A stretch of 59,128 nt of DNA, the filler included. It is 4 parts of 4 records of this genome, joined end to end, with 100 filler letters (N's around TTAATTAATTAA, not from the genome) between each part and the next. Parts side by side here need not be neighbours in the genome. Positions count along the whole stretch, not along the records: positions 26,090 to 49,830 come from SRR22947727_1211; 3 more parts are not named here. The stretch is one strand, 5' to 3'. Numbering within the stretch: the first letter of the stretch is position 1; each line of letters starts with the position of its first letter. Both the position numbers and the translations under genes were made by a program. Below the pieces are notes generated by a model, which saw nothing but the letters and a program-made list of their open reading frames with translations, was not told where the DNA came from and ran no database searches. Shown here piece after piece: positions 39,477 to 48,870 of this stretch.

Positions 39477-40181
39477 CTATGGTCGTAAAAAAGATAATCT
39501 AGTGCCTTCATCATCAATATTTGAGATATCTGATGGGGTATAATCAATAGAACCTACTGATCCTATAATCGCTGGATTGGTTTTACCTGTTCTAAAAGCC
39601 TCAAAGATTTTTTCGGTATCAAGATTAACTTGGCCTTTATCATCAATTGTAGGAACTGTATCTGGGTTTGCAAGTTTACTTAACCCAGCTTTAATAAAAG
39701 AACCTGCTGTGTTATACAAAGCCCCTCGTTTAGCTAAATCTCCTTTTTCTTTAGCCATAGCTTCCGTTAAATCTATGTTTGCAATTTGACTAGTTTTTCT
39801 AAGCTCTCCTTTATCTTCTATCTGCTCTTTACCGGAAACAGCTTTTGCAACATCTACGTCTGTTTGCGTTTCTTGGGCTGTCCCCAGTCTCCTACCTGTT
39901 GTCATGTCGGCAACAGCATTAGATGCAAGTTGTGCGGTTAGTGCAACATTTTTTGCTAGTCCCCTATCTATTTCCTTCGAAACACGAACCTCTCGATCTG
40001 CAGCTGCTATACCCTGTTGGGTTGACACCCGATCCATTTCTTTTTCTTGGATCGATTTAGTTAACTCTGCATCTAATCGCTCACGTAGAGCGTTAACTTT
40101 GGGGTCCAGTTTTGCTTTAAGGTTTTTCTCAGCTTGAGTTTCATTGAGAAATCTACCTTTTTTTACCTTTCTTTTGCTCAT
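39477..40181 (-). CDS. Hypothetical phage protein, possible ejection protein
   Basis: Helical Ala/Lys-rich ORF in the ejection gene block. Confidence 0.5.
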   Translation of the reverse strand: MSKRKVKKGRFLNETQAEKNLKAKLDPKVNALRERLDAELTKSIQEKEMDRVSTQQGIAAADREVRVSKEIDRGLAKNVALTAQLASNAVADMTTGRRLGTAQETQTDVDVAKAVSGKEQIEDKGELRKTSQIANIDLTEAMAKEKGDLAKRGALYNTAGSFIKAGLSKLANPDTVPTIDDKGQVNLDTEKIFEAFRTGKTNPAIIGSVGSIDYTPSDISNIDDEGTRLSFLRP

Positions 40182-40184
40182 ATT

Positions 40185-40628
40185 TTATAACTCTTTTCTA
40201 AATGTCGATGTGACTAATTTAAAATCAAATTTCTCGGCGGTCTTTTTCCACCCTTGTCTACTGGATTCAAACTCTATTGCGACCGCATTTAAAGTTTCTG
40301 CTAGTCGATCTAAAAAGTTAAATCCTACTTTTATATAATTATACTCTGGTTTTTGATAACTTGCCCAGACAAAAAGCGTTCCAATGCCACTTGGGTCTGT
40401 TACAAACTGTGTTATAACAAAACCTACGTATTGATCCTCTTCATAAAACATATATAAAGTCGAATCGCTTTCTCTTAGGGATAGGTAAACGTCAGCTACA
40501 ATCCAATCAGAATAACTTTTCTCTCTAATCTTTTTTAGGTGGGGTTCAATTTTTTCAAAAGAATACTTGAGCTCGTTTGGTGGAATCCGTTCAATTGAAA
40601 TCCCATCAATAGTCAATCTCTGAACCAT
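40185..40628 (-). CDS. GNAT-fold-like phage protein
   Basis: LYMF....YVGFVIT, LFVW, LA..L....IEF.SSR.GW pattern. Confidence 0.55.
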   Translation of the reverse strand: MVQRLTIDGISIERIPPNELKYSFEKIEPHLKKIREKSYSDWIVADVYLSLRESDSTLYMFYEEDQYVGFVITQFVTDPSGIGTLFVWASYQKPEYNYIKVGFNFLDRLAETLNAVAIEFESSRQGWKKTAEKFDFKLVTSTFRKEL

Positions 40629-41289
40629 ATCTCTTATACCTTTTACGCGGAGACAACCCTACCCCACGATATTTTACTAATCTACGTACACCTAAATCAC
40701 CGCCGCGTGCTCTTTGTTCTGCTTGAGTTACTTCTTGGTTAAATAAACCTAAGTAATCTGCAGCTGCACGTGGGTCAGTCCAATCTCTTGCTGGGATCCT
40801 TAACAGTCTATATAAAGTACCATAAATAATCCCATCTCGATAATCGTTTGAAAAATCAGTATCTATATTATTTGAAGTTCTAGTTGGTTTTAAAGCGACG
40901 CTTATTTGTAAACCATTTGTAACTGTTGAGTTAGGTACTGGTACAACCCAAAAAGTATCCGGGTTTTTTTGTAAATAAACTTGGGGCAATGAGGTTTTAT
41001 TCCTCCAATCTGGATAATTTAATTCTAAGCTTCTTGGACTAATTGGGTCTAAGTCGTCTCCATCATAGGTCATCCATAAAATTTTGTGGACATCAGTACC
41101 TGCAGGTTGATCAAACTCGTATTCATACACACCACTTATGGTTGTAATCGGATCAAGATCAAATACATAGGCACTAGATCGTTCACACAATTCTATGGTT
41201 GCTGATCTAAGAGTAGACTCAACTAAAGAGTCTGGACAATTAGGAACATAAGGTAAAACTTCTCGGACTAAAGAACTAAAATTTGCCAT
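40606..41289 (-). CDS. Phage head-tail adaptor/stabilisation-type protein
   Basis: VLPYVP.CP, A.IE.CERS, ALKPTR, I..GTL.RL..IP...W; position after the adaptor gene. Confidence 0.6.
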   Translation of the reverse strand: MANFSSLVREVLPYVPNCPDSLVESTLRSATIELCERSSAYVFDLDPITTISGVYEYEFDQPAGTDVHKILWMTYDGDDLDPISPRSLELNYPDWRNKTSLPQVYLQKNPDTFWVVPVPNSTVTNGLQISVALKPTRTSNNIDTDFSNDYRDGIIYGTLYRLLRIPARDWTDPRAAADYLGLFNQEVTQAEQRARGGDLGVRRLVKYRGVGLSPRKRYKRYGSEIDY

Positions 41290-42005
41290 TATTGTGGTAC
41301 TCCTACGGTTCTACCTGTCTCTGCATTTCTATCTAAGTTAGGGTCTAAAATAGCTTCAGCATTACCCCCACCAGAAATACTACCTATAAATAATTGATAA
41401 TGAGTTGCTGTTCTCTGTTGATTACCAGCAAACTCTGCATCTTTTAAATAAGCTCTATATAAAACAAAATTTAAAATAGCATTACCATAAGTATCTTCTA
41501 GGTCTATTGTGCTAGAAACAGAACTTAAATCAGTAGGTAGTTTTGAGTATATTAATTCAACATAGGCATTAGAACCTGATGCTACTCCGGGATATACATA
41601 AAACTTTTTAGGGTCATCAGGATCAAACAAATAGTTTTTAATAATAGAACCATGCGCTGAAGAACCCGTTACTGTTGGATCATGCCAATCTGGTTCAATA
41701 GAGTTTAGTAAGTCTTCTTCTACAATTCTAATTGACTTAGCACCAGTAGCATCTGAGGCTGTCCCCGACATATTTCGAGTTACTTTAATAAGACGAAGTC
41801 CGCCGGAAGGCAACGTTTGTTCTGTTCCTGTTGACAACTGAAGATTTGCATGAGTAGCAGTTGCTTCGGGTCTAAAATTAACAATCTCGCGTTGTGCATC
41901 ATTAATATAAATTAATAATTCTGCATCAGTCCAACGAACACCAGAGCTATCTTGTAAGGTAAGTCTAGCTCTATCAATAATATTAGTGCCCGTTAGTGTT
42001 CCCAT
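41289..42005 (-). CDS. Phage adaptor protein (DUF6682-like)
   Basis: LQD...VRWT..EL..Y.NDAQREI...RP.A, FYVYP, Y.LYRAY.KDAE. Confidence 0.7.
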   Translation of the reverse strand: MGTLTGTNIIDRARLTLQDSSGVRWTDAELLIYINDAQREIVNFRPEATATHANLQLSTGTEQTLPSGGLRLIKVTRNMSGTASDATGAKSIRIVEEDLLNSIEPDWHDPTVTGSSAHGSIIKNYLFDPDDPKKFYVYPGVASGSNAYVELIYSKLPTDLSSVSSTIDLEDTYGNAILNFVLYRAYLKDAEFAGNQQRTATHYQLFIGSISGGGNAEAILDPNLDRNAETGRTVGVPQ

Positions 42006-42322
42006 TATTTCTTAGTTGTTTTCTTCGCTGGTTTTTTAGCTGATGGCTTTTTCTTTGCTGGTGCTTTGCCACCCTCCCATGCTTCATTTACATTGGGAGT
42101 GCTTGGATCATCACCTTTTAAAGTGCCATCTTCATTTCTAGCTCTAATTGGTTCGCTTGGTTTTTTCTCTTTAATAGAGTGAGGTTTAACTTCTGTACAC
42201 CCCTCTTGTAAACAAAAAATACCTATATCTTGTCCAACTTCTTTTGGTACGCCAGCTTCCAATCTGATTGATGCGCCCCAGGTGGTCGAAATATACCTAT
42301 CAACATCTGATATTACTATCAT
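42005..42322 (-). CDS. Hypothetical phage protein with RARNEDG..KGDDPSTP.VNEAW motif and Lys-rich tail
   Basis: AGGAG SD; motif visible in the translation. Confidence 0.7.
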   Translation of the reverse strand: MIVISDVDRYISTTWGASIRLEAGVPKEVGQDIGIFCLQEGCTEVKPHSIKEKKPSEPIRARNEDGTLKGDDPSTPNVNEAWEGGKAPAKKKPSAKKPAKKTTKK

Positions 42323-42344
42323 ACTTTACTCCTAAAATAACTAA

Positions 42345-42608
42345 CTAGTCTTCTTCTTTTGGTTGAAGTTCATCAGTTTGTTTATCAACATTTTCTACAA
42401 CAGTAGTTATAACACCATCGTAAGTTTCAGCTACAGTATTAACAACGCCGCTAACATCTCTTAATGCTGCGCTTGAAACAGAGCCCGCTGTTTTTACTGT
42501 TGTATCTACTGTGGTCATAGCAATTTCTTTACCACCTTCAATAACAGAACCTACAGTCGCACATGAAGTAGCAAATAGGCCAACTAAAATTAAATATACA
42601 TTCTTCAT
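42345..42608 (-). CDS. Small predicted lipoprotein
   Basis: MKNVYLILVGLFATS-C lipoprotein signal; AAGGA SD. Confidence 0.7.
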   Translation of the reverse strand: MKNVYLILVGLFATSCATVGSVIEGGKEIAMTTVDTTVKTAGSVSSAALRDVSGVVNTVAETYDGVITTVVENVDKQTDELQPKEED

Positions 42609-42630
42609 AATTTTCCTTTTATAAAAATTT

Positions 42631-42660
42631 AAAAAAGGGGTGGCTCAAAATGAACCACCC
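42631..42660 (-). terminator. Rho-independent terminator after the major capsid gene
   Basis: Minus strand GGGTGGTTCA-TTT-TGAGCCACCC followed by CTTTTTT. Confidence 0.85.
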
Positions 42661-42672
42661 ACAAAAGCATAC

Positions 42673-43818
42673 TTAGTATGCAACATCCAATCTAATAACA
42701 CCAAAGTCTTCAACGCCACCATTGTAGTCGCTGTTGTACTTAGGCTTCTTAAGACCGAAGATTTTGCCAATAGAGATACCGTTTTGGTTCCCGTAGTCGA
42801 AGGTGTCTTCAACAATTTCAGGAAGTCCAATATCTGCCATAGCAAGAGCTTGTGCTCCACAGAATAAAGCAGCAGAACCGTTGATGTTAGCATCAGCGCC
42901 CCACTTATATCCAGCAGAACCGGCATTTCCAGATGTTCCAGTAAGAGCATTAGCAGTGTTAAACACATGTCTGAACTCATGGACCATAATGCCGTCAACC
43001 ATCAAGCTTGAAGAACCTGAGAACAAGCTGTTGCTTGGTCCTCTGACTCCAGCATTTCTGACGTTAGCCAAGAAATCTGAATCAAGTTTAAGGTCAGCCA
43101 TTACTTGTGGAGATACAAAAAGGTGATATACCTCTTCTCCACCAGCACCTCTTACGCCTCTGATATAGTTATCTTTAGCATAAGCTTTTAGAGCAACAAT
43201 ACATTCATAAGTAATGGTATCGGCTGCTGCTACAGCAGTTACGTCACCAGCTACTAAGCCTGAAGTTGCATCCCATCTTCTGTGTCTATTAGAAGTTGGT
43301 GCAGTTACATCACTTCCAAACGCAAGGTCACCAAGATTTTGTCCTGAAGTCAAGACAGGTCTTAATGCACCACTGTTTTTAAGTGTGTAGTTAATACCAG
43401 AAAGCGATAAAAACGCTAATTGGTCAATACGATCAGCCATTGCATATGCAAGTGCATCTCGTGAGTGCTCACGGAAATTAACAACTGATTTTTGATCAGC
43501 TAATCTACCCGAAAGTCTATTAGCAAATCTCAATTGATCAAGTTGTACAACGATGTCGTAGGCTCTTAAAGTCTCTTCATTTCCTTCGAGGGTGTTGTCT
43601 CCAACAATACCGTCACCAGTCATATCGGCAAGAAGTGTTATAACAGCTCTTGCTCCTTTTTCTGATTGGGTAAGTTCAGATATTCTCTGAACCATAGCGT
43701 TAGGTCCGCTACCCGCAAATTGGTTAATGAAGGACATGTTCCTAGCAACACGCCAAAAATCACGCGACCAGATAGTAAGCTGTTCACTGGTCAGTGATGA
43801 AAAGTTTGTGTTAGCCAT
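42673..43818 (-). CDS. Major capsid protein, N4-gp56/DUF4043 family
   Basis: MA.TNF, GDG..GD..LEG.EE.L, IDQLAF..LSG, LF.G....DG...HE, LFCGAQA, DFGV; GGAGG SD 8 nt upstream. Confidence 0.88.
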   Translation of the reverse strand: MANTNFSSLTSEQLTIWSRDFWRVARNMSFINQFAGSGPNAMVQRISELTQSEKGARAVITLLADMTGDGIVGDNTLEGNEETLRAYDIVVQLDQLRFANRLSGRLADQKSVVNFREHSRDALAYAMADRIDQLAFLSLSGINYTLKNSGALRPVLTSGQNLGDLAFGSDVTAPTSNRHRRWDATSGLVAGDVTAVAAADTITYECIVALKAYAKDNYIRGVRGAGGEEVYHLFVSPQVMADLKLDSDFLANVRNAGVRGPSNSLFSGSSSLMVDGIMVHEFRHVFNTANALTGTSGNAGSAGYKWGADANINGSAALFCGAQALAMADIGLPEIVEDTFDYGNQNGISIGKIFGLKKPKYNSDYNGGVEDFGVIRLDVAY

Positions 43819-43831
43819 GATGGCATCCTCC

Positions 43832-44020
43832 AAATTTAAGATTAAAGTTAAACTAACCAGTCGCTTTTCTGGGCCGACTACTTACCCGTGTACCCTTTAT
43901 CGTTGGGAAACGCTTTCGTGTTTTTACGGACACGACTCCAGCCAGATTTACGCCATGACAGGCGAAAACGTTGTTTTAGCAGAACGACCTGCGTCAAATA
44001 TCGTTTTGACGAACGAATTA
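43832..44020 (-). ncRNA. Candidate structured RNA: multi-hairpin 5' leader of the capsid gene
   Basis: Seven consecutive short inverted repeats between 43859 and 44011 in an otherwise AT-rich, tightly packed genome. Confidence 0.55.
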
Positions 44021-44027
44021 TTTATAT

Positions 44028-44036
44028 GTTATACCA
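44028..44036 (-). promoter_or_regulatory. Extended -10-like promoter element upstream of the capsid leader
   Basis: TGGTATAAC (TGnTATAAT with one mismatch) just after the scaffold stop codon. Confidence 0.45.
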
Positions 44037-44037
44037 A

Positions 44038-45114
44038 CTATAAGCCAAAGTCACCACGCATTCTTCTTAAAGTTTCCTCTGGAAGCGCACTAAACTCATC
44101 GTCAGATAACTTATGCAAATCTATTTTTTTGTCTCCTTTAGCAGATTCTCCTTTCATAGAAGGTGGTTGAGAATCAGCAGCTTGTAATTTTTTATTAATG
44201 TTAGCTACTTTTTTCTTCTCAGCAACCTGTTCATCAACCTTTGGGGTTTGTGATACAGGAGTCGGACTTAATAATTCCGGTCTTTTTGCTGCTAAAGTGT
44301 ACTCAGTGGCTTTAGTTAATGAATCAGCAGGTGTATAACCCTGAGACATAAACGCATTTCGCAGTTCAACTACTTCATTTTGTAGTTCAAGATCAAAATC
44401 AGCGCTATTTTCGTTTAAAACAGAAAAAGTAGCTTCTATTTCAGCTGCTTTTGCCTGTAGCTCAGTCATTTCTTGGTTTTTTTGCACTGTTTGACCCATT
44501 TTTGCTTGAACTTCAAACATAAATTGCTCTTTTTCTGCATTTCTAATCTCATTTCTAAGATTTACAGCTTTTTCTGCTTCACCATCAAGTACTAATTGTT
44601 GGTATTCAGCTTCTTTTGCACCAAAATCATACTCAGGAGCATTTTCTAACGCTTGTTCTTGTGCTGCTTTAGCCTCATCTAGCTGTTTTTGTAATGCTTT
44701 TTGTTTTGCAAGCACTTCATCTAGCCTAGATTTTGGCACCATGGGCGCTTTTGGTTGTTCTACTTCTTGGGAAACGTTTTCATTGCTTCCTTCAATTGGT
44801 TGAATATCTGGTTGTGCATCTGCTTCGCTGTTTTCATCCATTCCTTCTTCGCTAACAGCTTCTGGCTCTGCAGGTGCTTCTTCTTCCTCTGGTGTTTCAG
44901 ATTTTTTTTCAGCAACTTCTTCTTCTGCAGGGGTGTCAGTTTCTTCCGTGACTTCTTCATTATCAGACTCCTCTTCTTCTACTTCTTCTACTGGTTCAAA
45001 ATTAAGATCCACATCAAATTGAGTGTCTTCTTTCTTAATGGGATCGCCCCCCGGCATAGCTTCTAGGATCATTTCATCCATAAGCATTTCGTTGGTTTTT
45101 TCTTTCTTAGCCAT
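44038..45114 (-). CDS. Capsid scaffolding protein
   Basis: Acidic N-terminus, PMVPKSRLDEV, coiled coil, C-terminal LS.DEF.ALPEETL.RMRGD; lies between portal and MCP. Confidence 0.8.
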   Translation of the reverse strand: MAKKEKTNEMLMDEMILEAMPGGDPIKKEDTQFDVDLNFEPVEEVEEEESDNEEVTEETDTPAEEEVAEKKSETPEEEEAPAEPEAVSEEGMDENSEADAQPDIQPIEGSNENVSQEVEQPKAPMVPKSRLDEVLAKQKALQKQLDEAKAAQEQALENAPEYDFGAKEAEYQQLVLDGEAEKAVNLRNEIRNAEKEQFMFEVQAKMGQTVQKNQEMTELQAKAAEIEATFSVLNENSADFDLELQNEVVELRNAFMSQGYTPADSLTKATEYTLAAKRPELLSPTPVSQTPKVDEQVAEKKKVANINKKLQAADSQPPSMKGESAKGDKKIDLHKLSDDEFSALPEETLRRMRGDFGL

Positions 45115-47224
45115 CTCTTCTACCTCCTTGGTTTGGTTTCATGGCCGCAGTAGCAATTTTTGCCGCTGCAGTAGTTTCACTTTGCTCTTTTCTTACTTCA
45201 TTGGTCATACCAGATAACCTTTCACGTAAGTCAAGTTCCTCTCTCTTCATTTGAAGTTTGCTTTGTAGCTCTGCCACTTTTACTTGTGGTTCGCTAGCTT
45301 CACCTTGAGCTTTAGCCATGTTTAACTGTGTAACAGATTGTAAGTTCTGTACTTCAGCTTCGAGTCTGGCAATTTCAAGTTGTGTTTGTGTAATCGCGGC
45401 TTCAGCCTGGAACTGTTGTAATGCAGCTTCTGCTTCAGTAGGTGGAGCCATTCCTTGCATTCGTCTAATACGCTCTGCAATTTCTGCTTTCTTAGCAAGA
45501 TGTGAATATTCAATAATGAGATCATCTGGAATTGGTACACCCGCTTTTCTAAGCTCAATGGCTTGTGCAAATTGTGTTTCTTCAAAGTTATCTCTAGAAG
45601 GTGCTGTTCCAATAATGACTTCATATTCACCTAAAGTAAGATCGTTAATGATGTTACCTTCGGGGGTCATTTCATTTATTTTAATTGGAACTTTTGGTTT
45701 ACGTGGATCATTCTCATCTGTGATTTGTACAATCCTTTCTTCCGTGTAATATTTTTGTACTAAGTTTAAAACTTTTTCTGCTAAATATTGTCGTGTTTTC
45801 CTTAAGTTATCTAAAGGAACCTGAATCATTAAAACACCGCGGTTCTGTTTTGCTTGAATTGCAATACCAGAAACCTCGGGGCTATCTGTCCCCAACATGG
45901 CATCAGAAATACCACTAATTGTTTTTATATTAATAGCCGCTTTTTGGCTTATACGATCCAGACCGGTGGGAATCTGGTTTGGGGGGATCTTACTTGGGGG
46001 AGTAGAGCCTCGATTATACTCGAGGACTAAACCAGTTTCCGCACCGTGTTCTTCTAAATCATCTGCTGTCATTCCTGTAAGAGAACCTGACTCAACTACC
46101 CAACCACTGTTTGCGGTTGTATTTACAATGTGTAGTTCTTGAGATGAAATTTTGTTTAGTTGTTCTTGTGGTGAAATTAAATTTCTTACCATACCAAAAG
46201 GTTTACCCCTTCTCCAATATGGGAAGTAAGGAACCAAAGTAAAATGATCGTATGGAGACCAGTCATCAAATAAAACAACAGTATCTGCTGTTACGGTCCA
46301 TTTAACTTTTTTAATGGTCTTAGTAATAATATAAAGACCCATGTCATCGGCAAACTTTTTGCGTTTGCGTTCATTCCAATTATATGGAACTTCTCTTTGA
46401 TCGCCAGTAACAGGATCAACGTAGAACATGCATTTTTTTAATTTATAGTGTTGTCTTTCTATAACTCTAATTGATCTTACCGCTTTTGCTTCTTCAGGGT
46501 TATTAGGGTAATCACTTGCATATTCTCCAGTGTAAGTATCCCCATATCTTTCTTCTTCATATTCAATTGAATCTGAACCTAAGGTTGATCCTACTTCTGC
46601 TATTATTCTTAATTTATCCGCTTTCTCTTGTCCATAGATTTCTTCTATATCATCTATGCTCATCCATTTTGTTTCAAAAATTTCATTCCAAGTTTTTGGA
46701 TCATACTCTTTTGCATCTGGATCAATAATAATGTCAAGCGGGTCTTTAGGTGTAATTCTTACTTCACCTTGTATGTGATCAGAAAAATCTACTCTTACAT
46801 CAAACCACCCTCTATCTTGAATTAAACCATCAGAAAAAACTTGTGATTCTATCCAATCAAGTTTGTTGTTATCAGAAATCTGCATAAAAAGTTTTGTGAG
46901 TAGATCAGCAGTTTCCTGCATACCAGATCCCCGCGGTTTAAATTGTACATCTGCTCTTCGTGTACTTTGTTCACCAATAACCGTATTAATAGTGGGTAAA
47001 ATTGTGTTGATTGTTAAAGCGGGTCGACCTTGGTCGTCTAACGTTGCTATATCAGCTTCGTCCCATTGTTCGCCGCGATAAAAAGCGTCGCACTGTTTTG
47101 CTATTTCAATATAGTCATCATGACCGTTGTCCCTGGCTCGTGTATAAGATTCCCACTGCCGACGGGCAATGTTTAGCTCTTCTGCTGCGTCCAGTTTCTT
47201 TTTAGGTTTTTTATACTCTGCCAT
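45107..47224 (-). CDS. Portal protein (P22-like) with C-terminal coiled coil
   Basis: FY.GEQW, GRPALTIN.I, DG.I..RG, PFGMVRNL..PQ..LNK, SG.AI..KQ. Confidence 0.9.
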   Translation of the reverse strand: MAEYKKPKKKLDAAEELNIARRQWESYTRARDNGHDDYIEIAKQCDAFYRGEQWDEADIATLDDQGRPALTINTILPTINTVIGEQSTRRADVQFKPRGSGMQETADLLTKLFMQISDNNKLDWIESQVFSDGLIQDRGWFDVRVDFSDHIQGEVRITPKDPLDIIIDPDAKEYDPKTWNEIFETKWMSIDDIEEIYGQEKADKLRIIAEVGSTLGSDSIEYEEERYGDTYTGEYASDYPNNPEEAKAVRSIRVIERQHYKLKKCMFYVDPVTGDQREVPYNWNERKRKKFADDMGLYIITKTIKKVKWTVTADTVVLFDDWSPYDHFTLVPYFPYWRRGKPFGMVRNLISPQEQLNKISSQELHIVNTTANSGWVVESGSLTGMTADDLEEHGAETGLVLEYNRGSTPPSKIPPNQIPTGLDRISQKAAINIKTISGISDAMLGTDSPEVSGIAIQAKQNRGVLMIQVPLDNLRKTRQYLAEKVLNLVQKYYTEERIVQITDENDPRKPKVPIKINEMTPEGNIINDLTLGEYEVIIGTAPSRDNFEETQFAQAIELRKAGVPIPDDLIIEYSHLAKKAEIAERIRRMQGMAPPTEAEAALQQFQAEAAITQTQLEIARLEAEVQNLQSVTQLNMAKAQGEASEPQVKVAELQSKLQMKREELDLRERLSGMTNEVRKEQSETTAAAKIATAAMKPNQGGRRDG

Positions 47225-48870
47225 TAAGCACTCATCGATGATTTATGTTTATCGCCTTTAGTTAAATGTTTTAACTTATCTCTCCAAGATGGAACATGCT
47301 CCGGTCTTTCATAGAAGGTAGCAAATTCCGTCATCATTAAACCTATCCATGCCAATGCATCGACTTGGTCATCATGGGCTCCATTTGGAAAACGTAAAAG
47401 TTCTGCAACCATGGTTCCAGTCCAAACAGCGTCCTTTGGAAAGTATACCATACCTTGTTGCATTCTACCTTGAATTGCGCGTGCTCTTGCTTCTTTATCT
47501 CTACGACCTACTTTTAGGTCTTTAAAGTAAGCTTCGCTTAATCCCCGTTCTCTAGTACGTTTCTGCAAAAAGGGCCCCAAGGCCATTTCAATATGACCTC
47601 GTTCTATGCCTACTATACCCGGGCGCCAAGTTTCGTACAAGTCTAAAATTTGTTCTACTAATTCAAACCCATCATATTTTCCGCGAACGACATCAACAAC
47701 AAATAAATTATCATATTCATCGACCCCGACAACAATACCAACTGAATAATCGTTCCGGTCACGTTGTCCGATCGCAAGGTCCCACGCGCAATAGTAATTA
47801 AGCTGTGAATATTCAATGTCTTCATCCTCATAATAACGAATCATGTCTCGGCTAAAATAATCGCCTTCGTCGGATACTGGATTCTGTTGATACAGAGCAG
47901 ACCAATCTCGGGGACCGATGGCTTTCCTTATCTGCTCGAGCGCATCTACATTATATCTTTCTGGATGTAAACTTTCACCATATTTTCTAAAAGTTTCATC
48001 AGTTTCTGCGATGGCTGGGTATTTAATTACTTCCCACTGGTCAGCACCTTCTTCTGCTTGTTTTAATAATCGACCAGCTAAATCGTCGTCGTGCCATCTT
48101 GTGAGAATTACAAGTATTCCGCCCCCGGGTGATAAACGTGTATAAGCAGTTGATGTATACCAATCCCAGGTCGCATCGCGGTTGTTATCTGATTCTGCAT
48201 CTTCGCGGTTTTTTACCGGATCATCGATGACCATTACGTGTGCACCTTTACCAGTAATACCTCCACCAACACCCGCTGCAACATAACCACCACCTTGGGT
48301 CGTTTGCCACGATTCAATTGACTGAGAATCTTTATCTAGCCTAGCTTTTTCAAATACATTTTTATATACTGGTTCTCTAAGGAGTTGACGAACTTTTCTT
48401 GAAAAATTCATCGCAAGAGAACCTGAATACGAACAACTTATGAACTCGTGATTAGGATGTCGACCCAAGTGCCACGCAGGAAATGCAACACTGGCTAAAG
48501 TAGATTTACCGTGTCGCGGTGGCATAAAGAGCATCAACCTTGGTGATTCTTTATTTGCTACTTGCTCACTAAATTTTTCTAACCTTTGACAGATATCTTT
48601 GTGTACCCAGCCGGCTAAATAATCTGGATTAAAACGTTCAACAAATGGGAGTAATCTTTTACGTGCTAAGATTCTTTTTGCTAGTTCTTGTTCCGCTTTT
48701 ACTTGTGCGGATAAGTCTTCTTGTTTCGCTTGAGCCGGTTCAGACTTCAACTGGGGCTCGGGAACTTTTTCAGCCTCGTCCGCCCTACAGTAAACACATA
48801 TATCATCTAACAATATAAGGGTTTCATGATATAACCCTTTACATCTTTGGCATTCAGTCTTTTGCGTCAT
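47224..48870 (-). CDS. terL: Terminase large subunit
   Basis: Walker A PPRHGKS, GITGKGA, Walker B IDDP, TRWH.DDL, ALYQQ.P, WDLA, FPNG.HDDQVDA. Confidence 0.95.
   Translation of the reverse strand: MTQKTECQRCKGLYHETLILLDDICVYCRADEAEKVPEPQLKSEPAQAKQEDLSAQVKAEQELAKRILARKRLLPFVERFNPDYLAGWVHKDICQRLEKFSEQVANKESPRLMLFMPPRHGKSTLASVAFPAWHLGRHPNHEFISCSYSGSLAMNFSRKVRQLLREPVYKNVFEKARLDKDSQSIESWQTTQGGGYVAAGVGGGITGKGAHVMVIDDPVKNREDAESDNNRDATWDWYTSTAYTRLSPGGGILVILTRWHDDDLAGRLLKQAEEGADQWEVIKYPAIAETDETFRKYGESLHPERYNVDALEQIRKAIGPRDWSALYQQNPVSDEGDYFSRDMIRYYEDEDIEYSQLNYYCAWDLAIGQRDRNDYSVGIVVGVDEYDNLFVVDVVRGKYDGFELVEQILDLYETWRPGIVGIERGHIEMALGPFLQKRTRERGLSEAYFKDLKVGRRDKEARARAIQGRMQQGMVYFPKDAVWTGTMVAELLRFPNGAHDDQVDALAWIGLMMTEFATFYERPEHVPSWRDKLKHLTKGDKHKSSMSA

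Noticed and set aside
42645..42998. Alternative-frame ORF over the capsid 3' end as a frameshift extension
   Set aside because: It ends inside the terminator only 28 nt past the capsid stop, adds no domain, and no convincing slippery site was seen
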